Below, in pieces: positions 29,577-41,006 of a stretch of DNA of 64,000 nucleotides (positions within the stretch are counted from its first letter, which is position 1; each line of letters opens with the position of its first letter). This DNA comes from Candidatus Omnitrophota bacterium (GTDB taxonomy: Bacteria; Omnitrophota; Gorgyraeia; 2-01-FULL-45-10), in contig JAPLME010000008.1 of NCBI GenBank assembly GCA_026387175.1, positions 149,883 to 213,882 of the forward strand, given 5' to 3'. The translations under genes were made by a program, and so were the position numbers. The notes under the pieces are model-generated. The model was not told where the DNA came from, did not search any database, and saw nothing but the letters and a program-made list of their open reading frames with translations.

Positions 29577-30526
29577 GAGTGATTTACGGTTTACGCGGCT
29601 TCAAAAAATTCGCTAAAGCAGCGGTGCTTGCCATAGGCGTCTTCGATGGCCTCCATATAGGCCATATAAAGATAATAAAGAAAGCCGTGCGCGACGCGAA
29701 GAGGCTTAAGATAAAAAGCGTGGTCCTGACATTCGATCCGCACCCTATAAAAATCCTGTGCCCGAAAAACTCGGGGGTTCCCAGCCTCATTTCGGTGAAT
29801 CATAGAATAAAGCTTATAGAAAAACTCGGCGTGGATATTCTGGTGGTCATGAACTTCAACCGCGCGCTGGCAGTCCTCGCGCCTGGAGATTTTGTAAAAA
29901 AATTGCTGGTAAGAAAGCTTGGCGTAAGGGAAGTATGCGTCGGGGAAAATTTTTACTTTGGCAAAGGGGGCGCTGCCGGCGTTAAGGACCTGGATAAGCT
30001 CGGCAGATCATTCGGTTTCAAGGTCAGCGTTGTAAAGCCGGTAAGAATAGGCCGCGCTATCGTGAGCTCAAGCCTTATAAGAAAGTTGATAACTTCGGGC
30101 GAGCTTCGCAAGGCATCAAAATTATTAGGCAGGAGAGTCTCCGCGCTGGGCACGGTCATCAGCGGCGCGCGCCTTGCCAGAGAGCTGGGATATCCTACAG
30201 CTAATCTTAATCCGCATCACGAGGTCATTCCGCCTGGAGGCGTTTATGCCGTATTTGTGAGATTTAAAGGGAAGACGTATAAAGGCGTGCTCAATATCGG
30301 CCTTAGACCCACATTCTATTCACCAAGAGACCGGGAGAGCGCGGTAGAGGTTCATATATTTGATTTTAAGGAGAAGATCTACGGGCATGACCTGGAGGTG
30401 TTCTTTGTCAAAAAATTAAGAGATGAGGTGGCTTTTGCCGGTAAGAATGGGCTGGTGAAACAGATTAAAAAGGATGAAAAGGCGGCAAGAAACGCATTGA
30501 AAAGGGCAAGTATAGATTGTTCTTGA
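29573..30526 (+). CDS. ribF: bifunctional riboflavin kinase / FMN adenylyltransferase
   Basis: N-terminal FAD synthetase (GVFDGLHIGH) and C-terminal riboflavin kinase (PTANL...GVY) domains. Confidence 0.9.
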   Translation: MRVIYGLRGFKKFAKAAVLAIGVFDGLHIGHIKIIKKAVRDAKRLKIKSVVLTFDPHPIKILCPKNSGVPSLISVNHRIKLIEKLGVDILVVMNFNRALAVLAPGDFVKKLLVRKLGVREVCVGENFYFGKGGAAGVKDLDKLGRSFGFKVSVVKPVRIGRAIVSSSLIRKLITSGELRKASKLLGRRVSALGTVISGARLARELGYPTANLNPHHEVIPPGGVYAVFVRFKGKTYKGVLNIGLRPTFYSPRDRESAVEVHIFDFKEKIYGHDLEVFFVKKLRDEVAFAGKNGLVKQIKKDEKAARNALKRASIDCS

Positions 30527-30645
30527 CATTATTACCATAATATAGTATAAATACTTAAACTTTCGTAAGGGAGAGAGTGGGTTTAATACATAAACCCACT
30601 TTTTTTTCATCATACGTTTTGCCGATAAAATGCTTAATAGAGGCT

Positions 30646-31110
30646 ATGATGGACTCGACAAACATAATTGAGCGGACAAAAGAACTGATTGGGCCGTATT
30701 TAAAGGAAAACGGCATCGAACCGGTCGATATAACATACAGGCGCGAGTCAGGCGGCATGATCCTGAGGCTTTTGGTGGATACGCCTGAGGGCATACGCAT
30801 AGATGAATGCGAGGCCGTGAATAACGCCTTGAGCGAACTGCTCGATAAAGAAGATTTTATCGGTGAACATTATGTCATAGAGGTATCCTCACCCGGCCTC
30901 GATAGACCTATCAAGACCAATAGGGATTTTGAGCGTTCGATGGGCAAGGAGTTAGAAGTGGCAACATTTTATCCTATAGACGGGCGCAAACTGCATATAG
31001 GTTGTCTGGCTGGTATGAATCAGGGAGAGATTGTTTTGGAGGCTAATGGTATCAGCACTATGATACCGCGTGACAAGATAGCTATAGCTAAGCTGCATAT
31101 AGAATTCTAA
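30646..31110 (+). CDS. rimP: ribosome maturation factor RimP
   Basis: Conserved VEVSSPGLDRP. Start moved to ATG 30646 (AGAGG RBS) because the ORF-track start at 30577 adds an unsupported extension. Confidence 0.75.
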   Translation: MMDSTNIIERTKELIGPYLKENGIEPVDITYRRESGGMILRLLVDTPEGIRIDECEAVNNALSELLDKEDFIGEHYVIEVSSPGLDRPIKTNRDFERSMGKELEVATFYPIDGRKLHIGCLAGMNQGEIVLEANGISTMIPRDKIAIAKLHIEF

Positions 31111-31115
31111 ATGGG

Positions 31116-32330
31116 GTGAATGAAATGAATAATGCGGAGTTATTGAGCGTACTGGAGAATATAGAGCGTGAGAAGGGGATATCGAAGGAGTTCCTCTTTA
31201 AGGCGATAGAGTCCGCAATGTCAAGCGCGGCAAAGAAGATCATTGGCTCTAAAGAAGCCGAAGTCACGGCGGTTATAGACCGGTCTACCGGCGAGCTGAA
31301 GATAATCAGCGAGGGCAAAGAGATAAAAAGCGCCGAATTGGGCAGGATCTCCGCTCAAACAGCGAAACAGGTTATAATGCAGAAGATCCGCGAGGCCGAA
31401 CGCGATATAATATTCGATGACTACCAGAAGAGGGCTGGCAGTATAACCAATGGCACCGTCCATAGGTTCGAGAAGGGTGATATCATTGTAGATCTTGGAA
31501 AGACTGAGGCGGTCCTTCCTAAGTCACAGCAGTCGCCAAAGGACCGCTATAAACAGGGCGACAGGGTCCGCGCCTACATCTTAGAGGTCAATAAAACCTC
31601 GCATGGTCCGCAGATAGTCTTATCGAGATCGGACGCGGCCTTCGTAAAAAAATTGTTCGAAATAGAGGTGCCTGAGATAGCTGACGGAATAGTAGAGGTA
31701 AAGGCGGTGGCCAGGGAAGCGGGCGAAAGGACTAAGTTTGCGGTCTGGTCGAAGGACGATAAGGTAGACGCTGTGGGCGCCTGTGTGGGAATGAGAGGAC
31801 AGCGCGTTAAAGACATCGTAAGAGAACTGCAGGGCGAGAGAGTCGATATTATACGCTGGAGCGATGATCTGAAGGAGTATGTGAAAGCCGCAGTCTCCCC
31901 CGCTGAGATATCCGAGATAAAGATAGATAAGGAGCACAAGAAGGTAGAGGTTATAGTAGCCGATGACCAGCTTTCTATCGGAATAGGAAAACATGGCCAG
32001 AACATAAGGCTTGCCTCAAAGCTTGTGGGATGGGAGATGGATATCAGAGGTAAGGGAGAGAGCGCAAAAGCGATATTCGGCGATAAGAAGTCAAAGGCGG
32101 AGGCGGCACTCGAATCCCCCGGCGCCGAAGGCGGCGGAGAAGAGGCGAAACCCCAGACCAAACTTACGGACATAGACGGCATAGGTCCCAGGATCCAGAG
32201 GACCTTGATCGCGGCCGGATATGACACGATTGAGAAGATAAAATGCCTTACCATCGAGGATCTTACACAAGTCGAGGGTATAGGCAAAAAAACAGCTGAG
32301 AAGATAATAAAGTCAGCGAAAGAGATATAA
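31116..32330 (+). CDS. nusA: transcription termination/antitermination factor NusA
   Basis: N-terminal domain, S1, and two KH domains (GMRGQRVKDIV, IGKHGQNIRLASKL). Confidence 0.9.
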   Translation: MNEMNNAELLSVLENIEREKGISKEFLFKAIESAMSSAAKKIIGSKEAEVTAVIDRSTGELKIISEGKEIKSAELGRISAQTAKQVIMQKIREAERDIIFDDYQKRAGSITNGTVHRFEKGDIIVDLGKTEAVLPKSQQSPKDRYKQGDRVRAYILEVNKTSHGPQIVLSRSDAAFVKKLFEIEVPEIADGIVEVKAVAREAGERTKFAVWSKDDKVDAVGACVGMRGQRVKDIVRELQGERVDIIRWSDDLKEYVKAAVSPAEISEIKIDKEHKKVEVIVADDQLSIGIGKHGQNIRLASKLVGWEMDIRGKGESAKAIFGDKKSKAEAALESPGAEGGGEEAKPQTKLTDIDGIGPRIQRTLIAAGYDTIEKIKCLTIEDLTQVEGIGKKTAEKIIKSAKEI

Positions 32331-34558
32331 TGGTAAAAAAGAGCGCGGAAAAAGATACTAAGGGGACGAAGGAAAAGGTTAAGAAGCCCGCCACGAAGAA
32401 GAAGCTTGCAGCTAAAGCCAAGGCGTCCGCAGCCGCATCCATCGAGAAAAAGAAGCCCGTGGCTAAGACGCCTGCGGTCGTGCCTGCCGCGAAGAAGAGG
32501 GTTGTCCATCCAAAAACGGCGATTAAAAACGACAATGTGATAGCGAAAGAGGCCGAAGCCGCAGTAGCGGTAAGCGTGAAACCAAAACCCATTTCGAAGC
32601 CGGAGATAAAGAAAGAAGAGAAGGCTTATGTTAAAACGGAAATAAGCGCGGCACCGCCTCAGGCCCAAAAGCCTGAAGCCCTCAAGGTAGCTGAGAAATC
32701 GCAGGAGATCAAGGCCGGCCCATCTTCAGTTAAGGAGACGGTTGTTGAAAAAACGGCAGCTGTGGTGCCCGAAGTCCGTGAAGCGAAAGTATTGGAATTC
32801 GACCTGCCTATACCGCTAAAAGATTTTGCCGTAAAATTGGGCGTGAAACCTAATGAGATAATACTGGATCTGATGGGCAAAAATATATTTGCTACGATAA
32901 ATCAGAGTTTAGGCGAAGAGCTTGTTGTAAACCTGTTAAAGGCGAGAGGCATAGAGTTCAGGAAACCCCCTAAGATAGAAGAGCAGGTTTCAAAAGAACA
33001 TACCGAAATGGAGTCAAAGCAGGACGTGCGCCATATTACCGCAAGGCCTCCGGTCGTTACATTCATGGGGCACGTTGACCATGGAAAGACAAGCCTTCTA
33101 GATTTCATCCGGAAGACCCGTGTTGCGGACAAGGAGAAGGGCGGCATTACGCAGCATATAGGCGCATATGAAGTGCGGTTGAAGAACGGCTCGGTCACAT
33201 TCCTGGACACTCCCGGCCACGAGGCTTTTACGGCGATGAGAGCGCGGGGGGCCAATGCGACTGATATCGTAGTCCTTGTGGTTGCCGCTGACGATGGTGT
33301 TATGCCTCAGACCAAAGAGGCCCTGGACCACGCCAGGGCGGCCAGTGTCACGATAGTGGTCGCGCTTAATAAGTGTGATCTTCCTTCGGCAAATATCGAT
33401 AAAGTCAAAGGTCAGCTAAGCCAGATCGGGCTTAGCCCGGAGGATTGGGGCGGGAAGACTATAGTGCTGCCGGTATCGGCCAAGACCGGGGAGGGAGTGG
33501 ACGAACTGCTCGAGATGCTGCTCTTAGAAGCGGAGCTTCTGGAATTGAAAGCTAATCCCGAGCTCAGGGCAAGAGGCGTTGTTATAGAAGGGAAACTCTC
33601 CAGCGCTCAAGGGCCGGTCGCGACGGTGCTTGTGAAGAACGGAACTCTCCGGCTAGGGGACATGATACTCACAGGTATGCATTACGGCCGCGTTAAGGCG
33701 ATGATGGACCATACGGGAACCCGTGTAAAAGCGGCTCCGCCGTCAAAGCCCGTTACGATACTTGGATTATCCGGCGTTCCGATGGCCGGAGATGAGTTCT
33801 TCGTAGTGAGGGACGAAAAGAAGGCGAGGATCCTTTCGACTCTGAAGCAGGATGAGGCCAGGAGCCATAAACTGAAGATGTCGCATCGTGTTACGCTCGA
33901 GGACTTTTATTCGAAGATGAAAGAGGGAGTGGCAAAAGAACTGGATATACTTCTTAAGGGTGATGTGCAGGGGTCCGTCGAGGCGCTGAAGGCTTCGCTC
34001 TTAGAGTTAAACACCAAAGATGTTAAAGTCACGATCATCCATGCTGACGTCGGGAATGTCACCGAGTCGGACGTGATGCTTGCTGTGGCGTCAAACGCTA
34101 TCATCATGGGATTCAACGTGAAGATCGATGAAGGCGCGGCGGATCTGGCGGTGAAAGAAGATATAGAGATAAAGAGCTACAATATAATATACGAAGCGAT
34201 AGAGGACGTAAGGGCCGCTATGGAAGGGCTGCTTGCGCCTGTAGAGAAAGAGATATTTGTAGGAAGAGCTATTGTTAAACAGCCCTTCAGGGTAACGAAG
34301 GTCGGCACCATAGCGGGCAGCCAGGTCGTGAGAGGTAAGATCGTCCGCGCAGGCATTGCCAAGCTCATCCGCGATAAACAGGTTGTGTATGAGGGCAAGA
34401 TCTCCTCTCTTAAGAGGTTTAAGGATGACGTGCGCGAAGTCAACGAAGGCGTTGAGTGCGGAATAGGGCTGTCCGGACATGACGATATAAGAACCGGCGA
34501 CCTTATAGAGATCTACCAGATCGAGAAGATCGCCCGCAGACTAGACGCTAGAAGGTAA
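32330..34558 (+). CDS. infB: translation initiation factor IF-2
   Basis: Lys/Ala-rich N-terminus and G domain [12 protein letters not shown] / DTPGHEAF / NKCD. Confidence 0.9.
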   Translation: MVKKSAEKDTKGTKEKVKKPATKKKLAAKAKASAAASIEKKKPVAKTPAVVPAAKKRVVHPKTAIKNDNVIAKEAEAAVAVSVKPKPISKPEIKKEEKAYVKTEISAAPPQAQKPEALKVAEKSQEIKAGPSSVKETVVEKTAAVVPEVREAKVLEFDLPIPLKDFAVKLGVKPNEIILDLMGKNIFATINQSLGEELVVNLLKARGIEFRKPPKIEEQVSKEHTEMESKQDVRHITARPPVVTFMGHVDHGKTSLLDFIRKTRVADKEKGGITQHIGAYEVRLKNGSVTFLDTPGHEAFTAMRARGANATDIVVLVVAADDGVMPQTKEALDHARAASVTIVVALNKCDLPSANIDKVKGQLSQIGLSPEDWGGKTIVLPVSAKTGEGVDELLEMLLLEAELLELKANPELRARGVVIEGKLSSAQGPVATVLVKNGTLRLGDMILTGMHYGRVKAMMDHTGTRVKAAPPSKPVTILGLSGVPMAGDEFFVVRDEKKARILSTLKQDEARSHKLKMSHRVTLEDFYSKMKEGVAKELDILLKGDVQGSVEALKASLLELNTKDVKVTIIHADVGNVTESDVMLAVASNAIIMGFNVKIDEGAADLAVKEDIEIKSYNIIYEAIEDVRAAMEGLLAPVEKEIFVGRAIVKQPFRVTKVGTIAGSQVVRGKIVRAGIAKLIRDKQVVYEGKISSLKRFKDDVREVNEGVECGIGLSGHDDIRTGDLIEIYQIEKIARRLDARR

Positions 34559-34559
34559 A

Positions 34560-35552
34560 ATGACAGCTAAGAAGCGGATATTAAGCGGAATGAGGCCTAC
34601 GGGCAAGCTCCATCTTGGGCATCTGGTGGGCGCGCTCAATAACTGGGTAAAGCTGCAGGAGTCCTACCATTGTTTTTATATGATAGCCGACTGGCATGCG
34701 TTAATGAGCGAGTACGAAGACCCGAAGGATATACGCGAAAACTCATATGCGATAGTTAAGGACTTTATCGCTTCGGGCCTCGATCCCGAGAAGAGCGTTA
34801 TATTCATCCAGTCGCATGTGCCGGAGCACCTGGAATTATATATGGTATTCTCGGACCTTACACCGCTTGGATGGGTCGAGAGGTGCCCTACGTATAAAGA
34901 GCAGCTTCGAGAGATAAAAGGGAGAGACCTTACGACCTATGGTTTTCTCGGTTATCCTGTTTTGCAGGCGGCGGATATTGCGCTATATAAGGCCGATGCG
35001 GTTCCTGTAGGGGTCGACCAGATGCCGCATCTGGAGTTAACGCGCGAGATCGTGCGCCGTTTTAATACGATTTACGGCAAGAATGTATTCCCCGAGCCGG
35101 AAGGATTGTTAACGAAGATACCGAAGCTTCTGGGGCTGGATAACAGGAAGATGTCTAAAAGCTACGATAACTTTATTTCGCTTTCCGATGAGCCCGCCGA
35201 TATATCGAGGAAGGTGGCTTCCATGATTACGGATCCGTCCAGAATAAAGCTGGAAGACCCCGGGCACCCGGATGTGTGCAATGTATTCAGTTATTATTCG
35301 ATATTCGCGGATCCGGACTCACTTGCGTCCGTCAAGGATTGGTGCGAGGGCGCTTCGAAAGGCTGCACAGAATGCAAGAAGAGCCTTGCGAAGATATTAA
35401 TAGAGCGCCTTGAGCCGATGAGGTCGAAGAGAGCGAAGCTGTCGAACGATGATGTTAAGGATATTCTGAAGACCGGAGCGAAGAGGGCCAGGGATGCCGC
35501 GGGTCAGACGATGGCCGTGGTCAGATCGCTCATACATTTTGCGCAGGAATAA
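34560..35552 (+). CDS. trpS: tryptophan--tRNA ligase
   Basis: HIGH-type motif KLHLGHLVGAL and KMSKS motif. Confidence 0.9.
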   Translation: MTAKKRILSGMRPTGKLHLGHLVGALNNWVKLQESYHCFYMIADWHALMSEYEDPKDIRENSYAIVKDFIASGLDPEKSVIFIQSHVPEHLELYMVFSDLTPLGWVERCPTYKEQLREIKGRDLTTYGFLGYPVLQAADIALYKADAVPVGVDQMPHLELTREIVRRFNTIYGKNVFPEPEGLLTKIPKLLGLDNRKMSKSYDNFISLSDEPADISRKVASMITDPSRIKLEDPGHPDVCNVFSYYSIFADPDSLASVKDWCEGASKGCTECKKSLAKILIERLEPMRSKRAKLSNDDVKDILKTGAKRARDAAGQTMAVVRSLIHFAQE

Positions 35553-36304
35553 TGACCTATAAGGTAAAGCTCGAAGTCTTTGAAGGGCCGCTCGACCTTC
35601 TTTTATACCTGATAAAGAAGGAAGAGGTCGATATATATGATATCCCGATAGCGAAGATCACAGATCAGTATCTGGAATATATGGAGCTGATGCAGCTATT
35701 GGACCTTACGATCGCGGGCGAATTCCTGGTAATGGCCGCAACGCTGATGCATATAAAGTCGAAGCTCCTGCTCCCGCCGGACGAAACCGAATCGGAGAGC
35801 GAGGAAGAGCAGGATCCGAGGGCGGAGCTCGTAAAGAGGCTCTTGGAATATAAGAAGTTCAAAGAAGCCGCGGCAGAGCTCGCGCAGAAAGAATCGCACC
35901 AGAAACATTTTTACGCGCGGGTCGGTTCCGGAATCAATATGGACGAGCTTCCCGCCTCAAAGGACGAATTTCTCGAGGCAAGCTTATTCGATCTTATAAC
36001 CGCGTTCACGAAAGTGCTGAGAGACATCCCGAAAGAGATGTTTCACCGTATCATAAAAGACGAGTTCACCGTATCGGAAAAGATACATGACATACTGCAT
36101 ATGCTCGTCGATCATAAGAAGGTGATCTTCACAGATCTCTTCAAGGCCGCTAAGAACAAAACCGAGATAATAACGATTTTTTTAGCGATACTGGAGCTTA
36201 TAAAGATAAGGGAGGTCAGCATAATTCAGCATGCGCCTTTCGGCGAGATAGAGATAGTGAAGAGTATGGAAAACATTAAACCCTCGGGTGGTGGAAATGG
36301 ATAG
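35552..36304 (+). CDS. scpA: segregation and condensation protein A
   Basis: ScpA kleisin N-terminus VKLEVFEGPLDLLLYLIKKEEVDIYDIPIA. Confidence 0.8.
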   Translation: MTYKVKLEVFEGPLDLLLYLIKKEEVDIYDIPIAKITDQYLEYMELMQLLDLTIAGEFLVMAATLMHIKSKLLLPPDETESESEEEQDPRAELVKRLLEYKKFKEAAAELAQKESHQKHFYARVGSGINMDELPASKDEFLEASLFDLITAFTKVLRDIPKEMFHRIIKDEFTVSEKIHDILHMLVDHKKVIFTDLFKAAKNKTEIITIFLAILELIKIREVSIIQHAPFGEIEIVKSMENIKPSGGGNG

Positions 36305-36950
36305 AGAAGAGGCAAAAAGGATAGTGGAGGCGCTCTTATTTGTGAGCGACAAACCGGTATCGATAGATACACTGAAAGATGTCCTGAAGGATATAGAACC
36401 CGTGCAGATACGGGATGTCCTGACGGAGCTGAATAATGAATATATCGCTTCAGGCAGAAGTTTCAGCATAAAGGAGATAGCGGGCGGCTTCCAGATGCTT
36501 ACGGACCCGATCTATAGTCGCTGGATCGCGGCGCTTTACAAGAAAGGCTCTGACAGATTGACCGGGCCGTCGCTTGAAACTCTGGCGATAATAGCTTATA
36601 AGCAACCGATAACGAGAACCGATATAGAGATAATCAGGGGCGTTAATGTAGATGGAGTCTTAAGGACTCTCGAGGAGCGGAATCTTGTAAAGACAAAAGG
36701 CAGGCTCGACGCGCCGGGCAGGCCCATACTGTATGTCACGACGAATGAGTTCCTGCAGCATTTCGGGCTGAGATCGCTTGAAGAGCTTCCGAACTTAAAA
36801 GAATTCCAGGAGAGTGATCTGGATTTTGTGAAAGAGGCCCAGAAGTCAGGGGTCATAAACAAAGAGACCGGAAAACTGGAGACGATAAATACTTCAAACG
36901 CCGATACGGAGCAAGGCAGAAGCCAGGAGGAGGCGGTAAATGAACCTTAA
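36288..36950 (+). CDS. scpB: segregation and condensation protein B
   Basis: Winged-helix pair [12 protein letters not shown] / [29 protein letters not shown]. Confidence 0.8.
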   Translation: [220 protein letters not shown]

Positions 36951-38010
36951 AAGGTTGCGGAAGAAGATCGACACGATAGATTCCGAGATGCTGAAACTTC
37001 TTAACAGGAGGGCGGAGATCATCCTCGATGTAGGCAGGATAAAACGCAAATCAAAATCAGCTGCCTATGTCCCTGAGCGCGAGAAGGACATATATGACAG
37101 GCTTCTCGCGAAGAACAGCGGACCGATGTCTAACGATGCCCTGAGGGCCATATTGAGAGAGATCATGTCGAGCTCGCTTTCGCTGGAGCACCCTGTAAGG
37201 ATAGCTTACCTTGGGCCGGAGTTCACTTTTACGCATCTGGCAAGCATCAAGAAGTTTGGCGCAAGCGTCAGTTACACCGGGTGTGAAACGATAACAGATG
37301 TATTCGCGGAGGTTGAAAAGCTCAGAGCCGATTATGGAGTGGTACCGATAGAGAACTCCATCGATGGCGCCGTCACTCATACTCAGGATATGTTCATCGA
37401 TTCCGAGTTAAAAATTTGCTCAGAAGTCTATCTTGAGGTGTCCCATAATCTTCTCTCGAACGAATCCGACAAGAGAAAGATAAGGAAGGTATACTCAAAA
37501 TCTCAGGTTTTTGGCCAGTGCAGGCTATGGATCGAGGCTAATCTTCCGGGGGTAGAACTCGTTGAGGTTTCTAGCACCGCGAAAGCCGCTGAGATCGTCT
37601 CAAAGGAGCGCTTCTCCGCATGCATAGCCGGAGAGCTTGCGGCAAAAAAATATAAGCTAAAGACACTCTGCGGCTCCATAGAGGATAGCTTTCATAATGT
37701 AACCCGATTTCTTGTAATAGGAAAGATCGAGGCCAGGCCGACAAAAAAAGATAAGACCTCTATCATGTTCTCGGTAAAGGACCGCGCGGGCGCTCTTCAC
37801 GATATCCTGGTTCCTTTCAAGCGGCACGGAATCAGCATGACGAAGATAGAGTCGCGGCCGTCCAAGGTCAGGGCGTGGGAATATTATTTCTTTGTAGATA
37901 TAAAGGGTCATCATCACGAGCCTAAAGTGGCCAAAGCTTTGCGGGAGCTGGGAAGATCGGCCACATATATGAAGATCCTTGGATCATATCCGATCGGAGA
38001 TAACGTTTAA
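36940..38010 (+). CDS. pheA: bifunctional chorismate mutase / prephenate dehydratase
   Basis: N-terminal CM helix LRKKIDTIDSEMLKLLNRRAEI, a PDT domain, and a C-terminal ACT domain. Confidence 0.85.
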   Translation: MNLKRLRKKIDTIDSEMLKLLNRRAEIILDVGRIKRKSKSAAYVPEREKDIYDRLLAKNSGPMSNDALRAILREIMSSSLSLEHPVRIAYLGPEFTFTHLASIKKFGASVSYTGCETITDVFAEVEKLRADYGVVPIENSIDGAVTHTQDMFIDSELKICSEVYLEVSHNLLSNESDKRKIRKVYSKSQVFGQCRLWIEANLPGVELVEVSSTAKAAEIVSKERFSACIAGELAAKKYKLKTLCGSIEDSFHNVTRFLVIGKIEARPTKKDKTSIMFSVKDRAGALHDILVPFKRHGISMTKIESRPSKVRAWEYYFFVDIKGHHHEPKVAKALRELGRSATYMKILGSYPIGDNV

Positions 38011-38012
38011 TA

Positions 38013-39122
38013 ATGAGAAATAAGGTCAGACAGAATATATTGAATGTGAAGCAGTATGTGCCGGGCAAGCCTATAGAGGAAGTCCAGAGAGAGCTTGGGT
38101 TAAAAGAGGTTATAAAGCTGGCCTCGAACGAGAATTGCATGGGGCCGTCCCCTAAAGCTATAGCCGCGATCCGCGGCAGCGTCATGGACATAAACCGTTA
38201 TCCGGACTCTTCCAGTTTTTATCTTCGGAAGAAAGTGGCGAAGCTCCTCGGGGTGGAGGATCGGGGCCTCATATTCGGCAACGGTTCCGATGAGATCATA
38301 GGTATGGCGGTGAGGACTTTTGTCGGAGACGGTGACGAAGTGATCATAGCGAAGCCGACATTTCTTATATACGAGATCGTCTCGCAGCTCCAGAACGCGA
38401 AGATAAAGTACGTTCCGCTTCGTGAAGATCTCAGGCATGACTTAAAAGCCATGAAGGATGCTATATCGGATAAGACGAAGGTGGTCTTCATAGCAAACCC
38501 TGATAACCCGACGGGGACTTATGTTTCAGGAAAAGAACTGGACGAATTCTTTAATGGCCTGCCCGAAAAAGTGATAGTCTTCCTTGATGAGGCTTACTTC
38601 GAATTCGCGGATTATACATTTAAGGATTATCCGAATGGCATAGATTATCTAGATAGGCCCGGAGTTATAATAGCGAGGTCATTCTCTAAAGCGTACGGGC
38701 TTGCGGGACTAAGAATAGGATACGGCATATCGAGCCCTGAGATTATAAGCTATATGGAGAGGACCAGAGAACCGTTCAATGTAAATTTACTGGCGCAGGC
38801 TGCCGCCCGTGCAGCGATAGATGACAAGGTATTCTTGAGAAAGACCCTTTCTCATGTTAAAAAAGAGAAAGAATACTTATACGCCGCGTTTAGCGATATG
38901 GGCCTGAGTTACGTCGAGAGCGCTACGAATTTCGTTCTGGTGGATGTCAAAAGAGATTGTAAGGATGTATTTAACACCCTTCTTAAAAAAGGCGTTATCG
39001 TTCGGGATATGAAGGCGTGGGGCCTGGATACATATATACGTGTTACAATAGGAACGAAACCTGAAAATAAGAAATTTGTGAATGCGCTTGAAGGCGTGCT
39101 TAAATCTAATATCTGGAGATAA
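38013..39122 (+). CDS. hisC: histidinol-phosphate / aromatic aminotransferase (class II PLP aminotransferase)
   Basis: PLP-lysine region SFSKAYGLAGLRIGY. Confidence 0.8.
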   Translation: MRNKVRQNILNVKQYVPGKPIEEVQRELGLKEVIKLASNENCMGPSPKAIAAIRGSVMDINRYPDSSSFYLRKKVAKLLGVEDRGLIFGNGSDEIIGMAVRTFVGDGDEVIIAKPTFLIYEIVSQLQNAKIKYVPLREDLRHDLKAMKDAISDKTKVVFIANPDNPTGTYVSGKELDEFFNGLPEKVIVFLDEAYFEFADYTFKDYPNGIDYLDRPGVIIARSFSKAYGLAGLRIGYGISSPEIISYMERTREPFNVNLLAQAAARAAIDDKVFLRKTLSHVKKEKEYLYAAFSDMGLSYVESATNFVLVDVKRDCKDVFNTLLKKGVIVRDMKAWGLDTYIRVTIGTKPENKKFVNALEGVLKSNIWR

Positions 39123-39125
39123 GAG

Positions 39126-40142
39126 ATGATAATAGTCCTCCGTCCGGACGCGACAAAAAAGCAGCTTGACCATCTTGTCAGCAAGATAAAAGGCCTGGGA
39201 CTGCGGCCATGGATCTCGAAAGGGATCGAGAGGACCATAGTCGGCGTGATAGGCGAAGAAGATGTAATGAGGACCCAGCCGCTCGAGGTATTTCCGGGCG
39301 TTGAGAAGGTCATGCAGATATTGACGCCTTATAAGCTGGCCTCGCGCGATTTCAAAAAAGATAACAGCGTGATAGATATCGGGTCAGGCGTGAAAGTTGG
39401 CGGTAAGAAGCTGGTTGTCATGGCTGGGCCGTGCTCCGTCGAGAACCAGAAGCTTTTGATAAGTATTGCCAAAAAAGTGAAGAGCGCAGGTGCTACGGTA
39501 CTGCGGGGCGGAGCTTTTAAACCCAGGACGTCTCCGTACGCTTTTCAGGGGCTGGGGGAGAAGGGCCTGAAATTCCTTGCGGAAGCCAGAAAGGAGACCG
39601 GACTTAAAATAGTCACGGAACTGATGGATATACGCGATATAGACCTGGTCTCTAAATACACAGATATAATCCAGATAGGCGCCCGCAATATGCAGAATTT
39701 CAATCTGCTGAGAGAGGTCGGCAGGACCAAGAAGCCCATCCTTTTAAAACGGGGCATGTCCAATACGATAAAAGAATTTCTGATGTCGGCGGAGTATATA
39801 CTGGCGGAGGGCAATTTCAAAGTCATCCTGTGCGAAAGGGGAATAAGGACGTTCGAGGACGCGACCAGATTCACTCTCGATATAAACGCGGTGAGCGTAG
39901 TGAAGCATCTCAGCCACCTTCCGATAATAATAGATCCGTCCCATGCCGCGGGTAAGTGGAGTTACGTCGGTCCGGCCGCTAAAGCTGGAGTTGCCGCAGG
40001 CGCGGACGGTCTCATAATAGAGGTCCACTCGAAGCCTGAAGAGGCGATGTCGGACGGAGAGCAGTCTCTCCATCCTGAGACTTTCGCGAAATTGATGGTC
40101 CAGATCAAAAAAGTTGCGCGAGCAGTGGGGAGAGAGGTTTAA
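39126..40142 (+). CDS. 3-deoxy-7-phosphoheptulonate (DAHP) synthase, type I-beta with N-terminal regulatory extension
   Basis: AGPCSVE motif and DPSHAAG. About 70-aa N-terminal extension before the TIM barrel. Confidence 0.8.
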   Translation: MIIVLRPDATKKQLDHLVSKIKGLGLRPWISKGIERTIVGVIGEEDVMRTQPLEVFPGVEKVMQILTPYKLASRDFKKDNSVIDIGSGVKVGGKKLVVMAGPCSVENQKLLISIAKKVKSAGATVLRGGAFKPRTSPYAFQGLGEKGLKFLAEARKETGLKIVTELMDIRDIDLVSKYTDIIQIGARNMQNFNLLREVGRTKKPILLKRGMSNTIKEFLMSAEYILAEGNFKVILCERGIRTFEDATRFTLDINAVSVVKHLSHLPIIIDPSHAAGKWSYVGPAAKAGVAAGADGLIIEVHSKPEEAMSDGEQSLHPETFAKLMVQIKKVARAVGREV

Positions 40143-40148
40143 GACGAG

Positions 40149-41006
40149 ATGGTGCGATTTAATAAAATAGCGATAATCGGGGTAGGGTTGATCGGTGGAT
40201 CGATAGGCCTTGCCATAAAGAAGAACAGGCTTGCAAGAGAAGTCATCGGTGTATTCAGGCGCGGATCCACTTTAAAGAAAGCGCTAAAATGTAAGGCGGT
40301 AGATAAGGGCGTGATGGATATAGCCTCAGGCGTAAAAGACGCGGACCTTATAGTGCTTGCCGCGCCGGTTCATCTAATACCGGGACTGGCCGCTAAAGTT
40401 TTAAAGAGCGCGAAACGCGGCGCTATTATAACCGATGCCGGAAGCACTAAAGGATGGATAGTAAATCAGATAGAGGGTTTATTGGGAAAGTCTTCAAATG
40501 CGTATTTCGTAGGTTCCCACCCTATGGCGGGATCGGAACATACTGGCGTGGAATTTGCCACGGGCGATCTTTTCAGATGCTCTCCCTGTATAGTGACTAA
40601 GACGCCGTGCACGGACGCCGGGGCGCTTCGAAAAGTTTCATCTTTCTGGAGAGCCATCGGAGGTCGTATTAAAGTGATGAGCCCTTATGAACATGACAGG
40701 ACGGTATCGCTTATAAGCCACCTGCCGCATGTAGTCGCCTTTGCGCTAGCCGGCGCGGTGCCGGTCAAAGATATGGCGTGCGCGGCGGAAGGGTTCAGAG
40801 ACACGACGAGGGTGGCCTCGAGCGATCCGGAGCTATGGGCGGATATATTTTTAACAAATAAGAAAGCGTTATCGGATGCCGGAGGGCTTTTTAATAGGCA
40901 TTATGGAAAGCTGCTTAAAGCCATAGGTCAAGGCGATCGGCGTATGACGGTATCTATTTTAAAGCATTCGAAGTCAAGGCGCGATAGATTAGCATATGCA
41001 AAATAA
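40149..41006 (+). CDS. tyrA: prephenate dehydrogenase
   Basis: Rossmann IAIIGVGLIGGSIG and catalytic region GSHPMAGSE. Confidence 0.8.
   Translation: MVRFNKIAIIGVGLIGGSIGLAIKKNRLAREVIGVFRRGSTLKKALKCKAVDKGVMDIASGVKDADLIVLAAPVHLIPGLAAKVLKSAKRGAIITDAGSTKGWIVNQIEGLLGKSSNAYFVGSHPMAGSEHTGVEFATGDLFRCSPCIVTKTPCTDAGALRKVSSFWRAIGGRIKVMSPYEHDRTVSLISHLPHVVAFALAGAVPVKDMACAAEGFRDTTRVASSDPELWADIFLTNKKALSDAGGLFNRHYGKLLKAIGQGDRRMTVSILKHSKSRRDRLAYAK

Noticed and set aside
31574-32668. 364-aa ORF on the minus strand antisense to nusA/infB, and many other long antisense ORFs (for example 13511-14191 against ribBA, 10254-10784 and 8625-9125 against smc, 52128-52823 against ftsK, 45600-47075's antisense partners).
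   Set aside because: They overlap confidently identified genes on the opposite strand. Their length is explained by biased composition (the Lys/Ala/Glu-rich infB N-terminus and smc coiled coils give few antisense stops).
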